A DNA stretch of 60,927 bases, the filler included, from Nitrospinota bacterium (GTDB lineage: Bacteria; JADFOP01), in the NCBI GenBank assembly GCA_022562795.1. It is 3 parts of 3 records of this genome, joined end to end, with 100 filler letters (N's around TTAATTAATTAA, not from the genome) between each part and the next. Parts side by side here need not be neighbours in the genome. Positions count along the whole stretch, not along the records: positions 1 to 25,196 come from JADFOP010000003.1; 2 more parts are not named here. The stretch is one strand, 5' to 3'. A program made the translations under genes and the position numbers. The notes beneath the pieces are model-generated. The model was given only the letters and a program-made list of their open reading frames with translations, made no database searches and was not told the DNA's origin. Shown piece by piece: positions 16,594-25,296 of the stretch. How positions within the stretch are numbered: position 1 is the stretch's first letter; each line of letters begins with the position of its first letter.

Positions 16594-17055
16594 GTGTCTG
16601 AAGAATTCTCATCCAGCTGCGACCCCGAAGCTTTCTCCCGCATAAAGGCGCTACTGGAAAAAAGCGCCTTCGTCCGCCACTGCGGCCTCCTCCTGGAGAA
16701 CCTTGAGGCGGGCCGGTGCGAGCTTCGCTTGCCCCTTGAGGCCGTCCATGCCAATGCCTACGGCTCCCTTCATGGTGGGCTGGTGGCCACATTGGTCGAT
16801 ACCGTCAGCGGTGTGGCCGCCTGGACCCTGGCGGATTCGAACGAGCGGGTCTCCACGATGGAGCTGAAGGTGAATTTCATAGCCAGTGTGGCGCCCATGG
16901 AGGGCGAGCTCAGGGCCCTTGGGGTGGTGCTTCATCGGGGTAGGACCACGGCCGTCGTTGAAGCCGACGTGAACGACTCAGAGGGCCGAAGGGTCGCCCG
17001 TGGCCTGGGGACTTTTATCTATCTGGCGCGCAAGGGGGAGGCCGCCGATGGGTGA
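16594..17055 (+). CDS. PaaI-family hotdog thioesterase
   Basis: NAYGSLHGGLVATLVDT, TMELKVNF, HRGRTTAV. Confidence 0.9.
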   Translation: MSEEFSSSCDPEAFSRIKALLEKSAFVRHCGLLLENLEAGRCELRLPLEAVHANAYGSLHGGLVATLVDTVSGVAAWTLADSNERVSTMELKVNFIASVAPMEGELRALGVVLHRGRTTAVVEADVNDSEGRRVARGLGTFIYLARKGEAADG

Positions 17056-17689
17056 GGAGCGCTACGACGAACGGGTGGTTGGCTTAACTGGGGGGCTTGC
17101 GACAGGAGCCTCCACAGTGGCTGGGATGCTCACCGAATGCGGGGCCCTCATGGTAGACGCCGACGAGATTGTTCATTGGCTGGAGGGACCTGCCACGTCG
17201 GTCACGCTGGCCATCGCCGAACGCTTCGGCCCAGAAGCTCTCGATGCCGACGGGCGGGTCGACCGGGCGTGGCTGGGCCCACGGGTGTTTGAAGACCCTG
17301 AGGCTCTGCGAGATTTGGAAGCGATCGTTCACCCTGAGGTGGTGGCTGAAAGCCGCCGCCGAATCGAATCGCTCCGGGCCGCCGACCCTGATGCGCTCAT
17401 CATCTACAACGCGCCTCTGCTGATAGAGAGGGGGGCCTACAAGCGGTTCCTGACAATCATAGTCGTATACGTCGACGACGCCACACAGCTTAAGCGCCTC
17501 ATGGCCCGTGATGGGCTCTCGCGCCCCCAGGCGCTCAAACGGCTCGCCGCCCAGATGGCTCCCTCGGCCAAACAGGCCTACGCCGACGTCGTCATCGACA
17601 ACACGGGAAGCATCGAGGAGACACGCGCCCTGGTGGAAGCCATCCACCGCGAGCTCATGAGCAGGCCCCTGCTGTTGCGAAAGGATTGA
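17048..17689 (+). CDS. coaE: Dephospho-CoA kinase homolog, Walker A Lys replaced by Ala
   Basis: GLTGGLATGAST, DADEIVH, LEAIVHPEV, PLLIE, RLMARDG, ADVVIDNTG. Confidence 0.85.
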   Translation: MGEERYDERVVGLTGGLATGASTVAGMLTECGALMVDADEIVHWLEGPATSVTLAIAERFGPEALDADGRVDRAWLGPRVFEDPEALRDLEAIVHPEVVAESRRRIESLRAADPDALIIYNAPLLIERGAYKRFLTIIVVYVDDATQLKRLMARDGLSRPQALKRLAAQMAPSAKQAYADVVIDNTGSIEETRALVEAIHRELMSRPLLLRKD

Positions 17690-17751
17690 GTCACAACGAC
17701 GGTTGCGCTATACTCCATCGCCGCCGCACATTATTTCGAGGAGAGGACTTT

Positions 17752-18630
17752 ATGCTGTTGAAAGAGGAACGGGATAAAATTCTCAAAGAGATTGTCGGTC
17801 GGGAAAAGGAAGTCACAAATATTCTGGCCACTCTACAGGCGGGAAAGCACATCATCCTCGAAGGGGCGCCTGGGACGACGAAGTCAACCATCCTACGGAC
17901 CATCACGAAGGTGCGGGATGTTCCCTTCTACCTCATTGAGGGCAATATCGACCTAACCCCCTCGAAGCTCGTCGGCCACTTCAACCCTTCCAAGGTCATG
18001 GCCGACGACTATCGGGTTGAGTACTTCGAGAAGGGCCCGTTGACCTACGCGATGGAGGGGGGCTTTCTCTACATCGAGGAGTTCAACCGGATGCCGGCCG
18101 ATACGGCCAACGTCCTCATTAGTGCGATAGAGGAAGGCGAGATACAAATCCCCCGCTATGGGCCCGTAAAAGCCACGGGCGAGTTCCGGGTCATCTGCGC
18201 CCAGAATCCCTACGACGATGTCGGGACAATGCGGGTTTCCCGGGCCATTTACGACCGGTTCTGCCGCGTTAAGCTCAACTACCAGAACTTGGACGAAGAG
18301 CTCGATATTGTCACCTCCCAGTCTGATTCCGATGATCGTGAGCTCATCGACGTGGCGGTCCGCATTGCCCGCGATACGCGGACACACAGCGATGTCAAGC
18401 AGGGCGCTTCCATTCGGGGTGCTCTCGACATGGTGGCCATCGCCGAGGAGCTATTTAAGGTCTCTTCAGCGGATCGGTCCCAGGTGATGGATGATGCCAT
18501 GCTATCTTCCATGAGCGGCAAGGTCTGGCTCCAGGAGACCACCGAGCGGCCAGCCGAGGAAATTCTCCGGGAGATCCTAAAGAAGGTGCTGGCCAAGAAG
18601 GAGGCCGATGCCAAGGGGCTGTCCCAATAG
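17752..18630 (+). CDS. MoxR-family AAA+ ATPase
   Basis: IVGREKE, Walker A GAPGTTKS, Walker B YIEEFNR, AQNP, RAIYDRF, ASIRGA; start after GAGGAG. Confidence 0.9.
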   Translation: MLLKEERDKILKEIVGREKEVTNILATLQAGKHIILEGAPGTTKSTILRTITKVRDVPFYLIEGNIDLTPSKLVGHFNPSKVMADDYRVEYFEKGPLTYAMEGGFLYIEEFNRMPADTANVLISAIEEGEIQIPRYGPVKATGEFRVICAQNPYDDVGTMRVSRAIYDRFCRVKLNYQNLDEELDIVTSQSDSDDRELIDVAVRIARDTRTHSDVKQGASIRGALDMVAIAEELFKVSSADRSQVMDDAMLSSMSGKVWLQETTERPAEEILREILKKVLAKKEADAKGLSQ

Positions 18631-18648
18631 GGACGCCCCCTCCGTGCT

Positions 18649-19515
18649 ATGTCTAGGCTCACGGGCATCTTCTACCACGAGAGCTTCAGCCGCAGCAGCT
18701 ACCTGACCGTCGGCGCTCGACTGGCCGACTTCCCAGAGGCTTTCGACCCCCTTCTCGCCCACGAAAACGTACGCATCTTCGAGAGCCAGCCCGTCTCTCG
18801 AGAGCTGATCCTTTCGGTTCATACCCCGGGGCTCATAGAGGGGGTCAAGGGCGACCCCCTTTGTTCGACCGCATGGCTCTCCGCTGGCGGCTGCGTTGAG
18901 GCGGGAGAGCGCATCACCTCCGGGGAGCTTCGAAACGCCTTCGTCACCATCGGAGCCGGCGGCCACCACGCGGGGTTCGACTACTTTGGAGGCTACTGCT
19001 GCTTCAACGACGTGGCGCTCACCATCTCCCGGCTCCGGGAGCGAGGCCTCGCCCACCGATTCGCTGTCGTGGACACCGACGCACACCACGGAGACGGAAC
19101 CCGCCAGATTTTCGATGACGACCCCGACGTGCTCCATATCTGCTTCTGCGGCACTAGCTGGGAGTCTCAAGACGGGACCAAGGTCGATGTCAATATCCCC
19201 TGGTTTTCCGGGCGGCGGTCCGATAACGATGCCCCGTATCTGGAGCTGATCGACGAGCACGTCCCTAACCGCGTGCGGTCCTTTGGCCCGGATCTCCTCT
19301 TTTGGTACTTTGGGTTCGACACCCACCACGGCGACTACGGCTCTATAGGCCTGACCGGCGATTGTTTCTTCTCCATATGTGATATTATGATGGGCCTGGC
19401 CGACGAAGCGTGCGGCGGTCGGCTGGCGGTCGTCCTGGGTGGCGGCTCTCGTACGGACATCGCCACGGCGACCATTCCCGAGATTATCCGTCGCCTGGCA
19501 GGCCTCGCCACCTAG
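18649..19515 (+). CDS. HDAC-family metallohydrolase, atypical (GGGS in place of GGY)
   Basis: GGHHAG, GGYCCFND, DTDAHHGDGT, GFDTH, VLGGGS. Confidence 0.85.
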   Translation: MSRLTGIFYHESFSRSSYLTVGARLADFPEAFDPLLAHENVRIFESQPVSRELILSVHTPGLIEGVKGDPLCSTAWLSAGGCVEAGERITSGELRNAFVTIGAGGHHAGFDYFGGYCCFNDVALTISRLRERGLAHRFAVVDTDAHHGDGTRQIFDDDPDVLHICFCGTSWESQDGTKVDVNIPWFSGRRSDNDAPYLELIDEHVPNRVRSFGPDLLFWYFGFDTHHGDYGSIGLTGDCFFSICDIMMGLADEACGGRLAVVLGGGSRTDIATATIPEIIRRLAGLAT

Positions 19516-19550
19516 AGCCCGCTCTGCGCCCGAGGCGCCAGGGAGCCCCC

Positions 19551-20603
19551 ATGGTCACCGTCCGAGAGGCCACAGCCGCAGACAATGACGCCCTCATCGC
19601 CCTCGACCACCAGTGCACAATGGGCGAAGCCATGACTCTCGCCTTCGACCGCGCCCCAGACTTCTTCGCCCGCCATAAGGTCTACGAGCGGTGGACGGCC
19701 CTGGTGGCCGAGGCTCCCGACGGCGCCCCCGTCGGAACTGGGAGCATGGCGCTGAAGACCCTCCTTGTGGGGGGACGGCCCGTAGAGGCGGCCTACCTGA
19801 TGGACCTTCGTGTTCACCCCGACTGGCGCCGCCGGGGGGTCGGCCGGGCCATCGGTGACGCCTTGCGCGACCGACTTATCAAGGCTGCCCCCGCCTTTGC
19901 CTACCTCATGGTTCTCAAGGGCAACGAGCCCTCCCTAAGCTTCGTTCGCAATCGGGGAGTTTACACCTCTCTCGGAAAGGTAACCCTGCCGGTCCTTGTC
20001 CCCGAGGACCTCCCGGCCCTGCCGACAGGCATCGAGGTCCGCCCGCTCGCCGCCGAGGATATGCCGTGGCTCGCCGAGCGATGGAAGGCCTGTACGGCTG
20101 GGTGGTCCCTCGCCCTGCCCATTGAGGCTGGAGGCATTGAGAGATTGGTCGCCGAACGCTTGGAAGTCCCACCCGACGACCGGCTCGTCGTACTCGACGA
20201 GGGGGCGCCAATCGGAGCGGCGGCCCTGTGGGATTACTCCCGAATAATGTCCATTACCTTCGTCCGCCTGCCAGAAGAGATCGACCGGCGATTGTCACCT
20301 TCCCTTCGGGCGCGCCTCGGCGGAGGCGAACCCTTCCGTCTCTACTACCCCCTGCCGTTGGTATGGCGTAGCCTGGAGGACCTACCGGCGATTACGGCGG
20401 CTCTGCTCACCTACCTGGCGGACAAGCACGCGGGGGAGCAGAGCGCAACCACCTTGTGGATGCCCATGGACTCCGCCGGCCCCATGGCTTCCCTGGTGGT
20501 GCCGAAGGCGGCCTTCGCCGTCGAGATGGACCTCTTCGGAGTGGCCATCCGGGGTAGCCTGCCTACTCAAGGGCCCTTTTTCATCGACCCCCGGGATATT
20601 TAA
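19551..20603 (+). CDS. GNAT acetyltransferase, probably tandem-domain
   Basis: AYLMDLRVHPDWRRRGVG, LKGNEPS; second GNAT-like half starts at IEVRPLAAED. Confidence 0.8.
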   Translation: MVTVREATAADNDALIALDHQCTMGEAMTLAFDRAPDFFARHKVYERWTALVAEAPDGAPVGTGSMALKTLLVGGRPVEAAYLMDLRVHPDWRRRGVGRAIGDALRDRLIKAAPAFAYLMVLKGNEPSLSFVRNRGVYTSLGKVTLPVLVPEDLPALPTGIEVRPLAAEDMPWLAERWKACTAGWSLALPIEAGGIERLVAERLEVPPDDRLVVLDEGAPIGAAALWDYSRIMSITFVRLPEEIDRRLSPSLRARLGGGEPFRLYYPLPLVWRSLEDLPAITAALLTYLADKHAGEQSATTLWMPMDSAGPMASLVVPKAAFAVEMDLFGVAIRGSLPTQGPFFIDPRDI

Positions 20604-20630
20604 GACGGGCGCCGCCGGGCGTTTTCCCCG

Positions 20631-20659
20631 TTGACTTTCCTCCGTATTGCGTGTAAGTT
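20631..20659 (+). promoter_or_regulatory. Putative sigma70 promoter for MoxR-VWA gene
   Basis: TTGACT-17 nt-TAAGTT. Confidence 0.4.
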
Positions 20660-20728
20660 CTTAAAAAACTGGGGTCTTTACCCGTTTTGATAAGCGCACC
20701 ACTATTGCCCCATCTCCCAGAGGTACCC

Positions 20729-22666
20729 ATGTCCCAAGGAAACGGGCACTACCTGCGTCATCTGCCCACCATAGCGGCTCAGATTGTCGGGCGGGATCAC
20801 GAGATCGAGACTATCTTGGCCACCCTGGCAGCGGGCAAGCACATAATCCTCGAGGGTCCGCCAGGCACCACCAAATCGACCATCCTCAGGGCCATCACCG
20901 AGGCAGTGGGCCTGCCCCTCTACTACGTTGCTGGGAGCGGTGATTTGACCCCTTCCAAGCTCATCGGCCACTTCAACCCCGCCCACGTAATGAAAGACAC
21001 CTACCACCCGGACCACTTCAATGAGGGCCCCCTCATGCATGCGATGCGGGGTGGCTTTCTCTTCATCGAGGAGTTTAACCGGGTGCCGCCCGACACAGCC
21101 AACGTGCTCATAACGGCCGTTGAGGAAGGTGAGCTCACCATCCCCCGCTACGGCACCATCTTCGCTGACCCCGACTTTCGCGTAATCTGCGCCCACAACA
21201 CGCTCGATGACGTCGGGACCGTCCGAATCAGCCGGGCCCTATACGATCGGTTCTGTTGCCTTAGGATGGACTACCAAAGCCAGGAGGAGGAACTTGAGGT
21301 CTTGAGCCGCAGCGTGGGTGACGCCGACGAGACCATCAACCTCGTTGCCGTCCATCTGGTGCGCGCCACCCGCCGGCACAAGGAGATCAGGCAGGGCGCG
21401 AGCATCCGGGGAGCCATCGACATGGTGACGCTCTTCCACGGCCTCGGCCTCCTCTCGGACCTCTCTTACATCGAGAGGATGGAGGAGGCCATGCTCATGG
21501 GGCTCTCCAGCAAGGTCTGGCTCTCGGACGCCTGTACGCGCATGCCCGAGGAGGTGCTGAACGATATCCTCGACCAGGTGCTAATGTCCTTGGAATTGGA
21601 AGGCCTAGAGAAGTCGTTCGCCTTCGGCGCCGCCTTTCGGCTAGACGAAGATAAGGGCGAGGAGGAGGGGTTCAGGGATGATGTTGAGGTAGACGACAGC
21701 CTACCTAAAAGCGATCCTATGGGGCAGAAGCGCGAGATTGAGGTCCCTGTGGATGAGAAGGACCTCGCCGATGAGCTTAAGAAGCGGGCCAAGGATAACC
21801 CTGAGGAGGTCTCCCGCTTCCTCAACCAGCACCCGGAAATCGCAGCTCGGATTTTGGCGAGCCCGGACGTGCTGGAGATGTACAGCTACATCAAGGATAA
21901 ATTGGACGAAGAGCTGAAGGAGGCGGCGAAGCGGTACGCCAGCCGCCTCATCATTAAGATTGCCACGAAGATTGCCAGCTTGGGTGTGAAGAGCGGCAAC
22001 CTTGAGGCTGTTGCAGACTACCTGGCCAGTGACGAGATTGAGATCGACAAGACTTTGGAGCGCATTGTGGAGCGGCCCACCGAGAGCATTGAGGACAACC
22101 TCGTCGTGCTGGCCCGAAAGCCTGAGCGGAAAGGGTGTGTTGTCATCCTCGACCATTCCTCCAGCATGCAGGGGATCAAGGTGTCTATCGCAGCGCTGAC
22201 GGCGGCCACCATTGCGCTCCACTTCAAGGAGAACTACGGAGTGGTGGCATTTGCAACGAGGGCGACCCTCCTGAAACGGATCACCCAAACCGTTGCACCC
22301 ACTGTGGTGGCCGAGGAGGTGCTCTCGCTCGATGCCCGAGGTTACACCAACATCCGAGAGGCTCTCCAGCTGGCCCTCGGAGAGGTGCGCTCCTATGATC
22401 ATAAGATCGGTATCCTGCTGACTGACGGCGACTGGACTTACGGGGGCGATCCCCTCCAGATGGCCCGGCTCTTCGATCGCTTACATGTCATTGGGCTGGA
22501 AGACCCCCACGCTTACCAAGACTTCTACGCCAGCGACGGCCGGTTCCACCAGACCCGCTACGGCAGCCGCATCGAGGTGCTGGCCAAAGAAGGCAGGGGC
22601 ATGTTCGCCTACGTGAGGACCATCGACGAGGTGCCCCTCGCGCTGACGCGTTGCCTGACAAGTTGA
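20729..22666 (+). CDS. MoxR AAA+ ATPase fused to VWA (MIDAS) domain
   Basis: GPPGTTKS, FIEEFNR, RALYDRF; acidic linker; VILDHSSSM (DxSxS), GYTNI, LLTDGD. Confidence 0.9.
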   Translation: MSQGNGHYLRHLPTIAAQIVGRDHEIETILATLAAGKHIILEGPPGTTKSTILRAITEAVGLPLYYVAGSGDLTPSKLIGHFNPAHVMKDTYHPDHFNEGPLMHAMRGGFLFIEEFNRVPPDTANVLITAVEEGELTIPRYGTIFADPDFRVICAHNTLDDVGTVRISRALYDRFCCLRMDYQSQEEELEVLSRSVGDADETINLVAVHLVRATRRHKEIRQGASIRGAIDMVTLFHGLGLLSDLSYIERMEEAMLMGLSSKVWLSDACTRMPEEVLNDILDQVLMSLELEGLEKSFAFGAAFRLDEDKGEEEGFRDDVEVDDSLPKSDPMGQKREIEVPVDEKDLADELKKRAKDNPEEVSRFLNQHPEIAARILASPDVLEMYSYIKDKLDEELKEAAKRYASRLIIKIATKIASLGVKSGNLEAVADYLASDEIEIDKTLERIVERPTESIEDNLVVLARKPERKGCVVILDHSSSMQGIKVSIAALTAATIALHFKENYGVVAFATRATLLKRITQTVAPTVVAEEVLSLDARGYTNIREALQLALGEVRSYDHKIGILLTDGDWTYGGDPLQMARLFDRLHVIGLEDPHAYQDFYASDGRFHQTRYGSRIEVLAKEGRGMFAYVRTIDEVPLALTRCLTS

Positions 22667-22740
22667 TATGCTTGACAGCGTGTCTTAGTGTAATAAGATG
22701 CGGGCAGTTTTTGTCCCGCAACTAATCAGGGAGGTGAACT

Positions 22741-23781
22741 ATGGGCGGGCCCATTCAGGAGATGTTCTCTCTGAAGATCCTCGACCCCTCCTTCGCTGAT
22801 ATCTGGTTTATCGAAGGCTCCACTCCTCAACAAGAGGATTCGGAGACGTGCAACGTTTACGTCCTCGATGAGGGCCGCGTCGTCATCGATACGGGCAATA
22901 TCTCCGAGCTCGCCTGGTACATCAACGAACACTTCCCTGTCGCCCATGTGGAAAAAATCATTATCACCCACCCTCACTTCGACCACACGACGGGGCTCTC
23001 AATTTTGCTGGCGATTTCCAACCCGAAGGTCTATATGCACCCCGAGGCCCTCGGATATACCTACATGGGGGGGCTCAGTTTCTCGAAGATGACCAAAGAG
23101 GCTGGGCGAGAGGATCAGGTCATCCCGGTATCCGACGGCGACGTGATTGAGGTCGGCCCGCGCACCTTGGAAGTCATCCACACCCCGGGCCACATGATCG
23201 GCGGGATATGTCTGTACGATCGGGCGAGCCAGAGTCTCTTCAGCCAAGACATCGTCTTTCCCTCAACACACGAGACGAGCTACTTGAGCGCTCCTGATAA
23301 CAAGTTTGGAGATATCAAAGACCTTGTAGAGTCGCTTAAGAAGCTTCTGGGCTACCCGGTGAAGAATCTATTCCCCGGTCACTTCTTGCCGACCCTGGAC
23401 GACGGGGGCGAGCATGTCAAGAACGCTTACAAGGAGACGGTGAAGCACTTTGTAGAAGATAAGACGCGGCGGGAGGAGGAGGGTTGGGTCAAGCTAGCCG
23501 CTGCTCTGGCCGATCACGGGCGACTTGATGAGGCCGTGGAATACTTTGACTTGGTCTTGACGATGAATCCCAACCACTCGGCGGCCCTGCTCTCCAAAGC
23601 TCTGTCGCTTACGGAACTCGGCCGGTTTGAAGAAGCCTTGGAAATCTTACAGAAAATTGTTGCGGCCAACCCGGACCTCGAGGAGGCCTCCATCGGGATG
23701 GGCTTCTGTTTGCTGGGGCTCGGCCGAAAAGACGAGGCCCTGGAGGTCGAGGCCTTCAAAGCGAAAATCGGGCAGTTGTAA
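22741..23781 (+). CDS. MBL-fold metallohydrolase with C-terminal TPRs
   Basis: IDTG, THPHFDH, HTPGH, FPGH, then three TPR-like repeats; RBS GGAGGTG. Confidence 0.85.
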   Translation: MGGPIQEMFSLKILDPSFADIWFIEGSTPQQEDSETCNVYVLDEGRVVIDTGNISELAWYINEHFPVAHVEKIIITHPHFDHTTGLSILLAISNPKVYMHPEALGYTYMGGLSFSKMTKEAGREDQVIPVSDGDVIEVGPRTLEVIHTPGHMIGGICLYDRASQSLFSQDIVFPSTHETSYLSAPDNKFGDIKDLVESLKKLLGYPVKNLFPGHFLPTLDDGGEHVKNAYKETVKHFVEDKTRREEEGWVKLAAALADHGRLDEAVEYFDLVLTMNPNHSAALLSKALSLTELGRFEEALEILQKIVAANPDLEEASIGMGFCLLGLGRKDEALEVEAFKAKIGQL

Positions 23782-23844
23782 AGCTTCTTTTCTTATGGTC
23801 GGCGCCATCGTTTGGCGTCCCTTCGCTTACGAGATTCCGCTCCC

Positions 23845-24810
23845 TTACGTATCCTCTTCGGCCTTTTTCTTCTTCAACGACGTTAGATGGAGGGTCACTT
23901 TGGCCACCATCTCGGCCTCGCTCGGTAGCTTCCCTGCCATTTCCAGATACCTTTCCCATATGGGGATTGCGAGATCACGGTCGCGCCGTTCGTAGAGGGT
24001 CGCCAGACAAAAGTAGCTGCTTGGCGTGTCAGGGTCGATTCGAGTTACCTCCTCGAAACAACGCTCAGCCCCGGAATAGTTGCCTCCCTCGCGCAAAATG
24101 AGCCCTAGGTTGTAAAGGGCCGGGACAAATTCGGGGTTGAATTCTAAGGCTTGGCGAAAGGCCTCTTCGGCCTCCTCAGTCTCGCCCTGGTTAGCATGCG
24201 ATACCCCCCGGTTGTAGTGGACGGTTGCGTCGTCCCGGTCCGGGGGCTGTGCTCTCTTGAATTCCTCCACCGCTTCGGCTTCTTTACCCTGGGTGCTTAA
24301 GATCAACCCCAGGGCCTGTCGGGCCTGAAGAAGGCTGGGGGAGCGGTCAACGACCTCCCGCAGGTGCTCCTCGGCTGTCTCGAGCTCCCCTTGGTCGGCG
24401 TAGTTGATGGCCAGGCTGATGGAGGCGTCGGTCAGCTCAGGGTCGATGGCCAGCGCCCGTTTGAAGTGTTCCTTGGCCTCGGCGAAGGACTCCTGCTGGT
24501 TTAAGCAGACCCCGAGGTTATGGTGGGCGACGGCAAGGCTGTTGGCAATCTTGGGGTTGCCTCCGACCTCCATCGTTGTCTCTAAGCTTTCGATGACCCC
24601 CCGCCAGTCGGCAGAGGTGGAAGTGTCGTCCTCCATGCGCTTCATGGCGCGTTCAAACTCGAAAAGACCCAGCCGCTCACGAAGCTCCGGCTCATCAGGA
24701 TACCGCTCGGATACCTTGCTGAGGAGCTCCATCGCCTCGGCGAATCGACCCTTCTCGAAGGCTTCATTGGCAGCCTGGAAGTCTTTATCTTCGTTGAGCT
24801 TTCCGGCCAT
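23845..24810 (-). CDS. TPR repeat protein
   Basis: Multiple TPRs (AHHNLGVCL, VHYNRGVS, ALYNLGLIL); start set at MAGKL. Confidence 0.85.
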   Translation of the reverse strand: MAGKLNEDKDFQAANEAFEKGRFAEAMELLSKVSERYPDEPELRERLGLFEFERAMKRMEDDTSTSADWRGVIESLETTMEVGGNPKIANSLAVAHHNLGVCLNQQESFAEAKEHFKRALAIDPELTDASISLAINYADQGELETAEEHLREVVDRSPSLLQARQALGLILSTQGKEAEAVEEFKRAQPPDRDDATVHYNRGVSHANQGETEEAEEAFRQALEFNPEFVPALYNLGLILREGGNYSGAERCFEEVTRIDPDTPSSYFCLATLYERRDRDLAIPIWERYLEMAGKLPSEAEMVAKVTLHLTSLKKKKAEEDT

Positions 24811-24821
24811 AAGATTTTCGG

Positions 24822-25187
24822 TTAGTCCTGAGTGGGCAGGTCCGTTTGAGCGACGCTGATCCAAGGCAGACAAATGGGCTGGCGTTGGGAGGAGAAACCC
24901 ATCTCCGGTGGAATGAACGCCCCGAACGGACATACTCCACACAGAGCGCCCTCGTGGCCGCAGGTCTCGACGAGCGTCGTCTCTCCAGCCTCGGAGCCCC
25001 CGAACTTCTCTCGGATTGAGTCGATAAGCCCATGTATCTCCTTTTCGGTTGGCTCCGGTACCTCATGGATGAGGTTCCGTTGTAAGACGGCCAAGTCGAG
25101 GAGAATCACCGGCAGTTCCTCCTTGTTTTGTTCCAGGCGGCTAAGGAACTCCTCGGTTAAGCGCCCGCTTTCGGTCCTCTCGGTCAT
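24822..25187 (-). CDS. Hypothetical protein with Cys cluster
   Basis: Helical N-terminus then C-x6-C-x2-C-P...C; 11 nt upstream of the TPR gene. Confidence 0.6.
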   Translation of the reverse strand: MTERTESGRLTEEFLSRLEQNKEELPVILLDLAVLQRNLIHEVPEPTEKEIHGLIDSIREKFGGSEAGETTLVETCGHEGALCGVCPFGAFIPPEMGFSSQRQPICLPWISVAQTDLPTQD

Positions 25188-25196
25188 GACGGCTCC

Positions 25197-25296
25197 NNNN
25201 NNNNNNNNNNNNNNNNNNNNNNNNNNNNNNNNNNNNNNNNTTAATTAATTAANNNNNNNNNNNNNNNNNNNNNNNNNNNNNNNNNNNNNNNNNNNN
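25197..25296. other. Artificial contig linker
   Basis: N44-TTAATTAATTAA-N44, stops in all six frames. Confidence 0.98.

Noticed and set aside
25197-25296. TTAATTAATTAA palindrome inside N runs (also 53524-53623)
   Set aside because: Synthetic six-frame-stop contig linker. ORFs running into it, and gene adjacency across it, are not meaningful.
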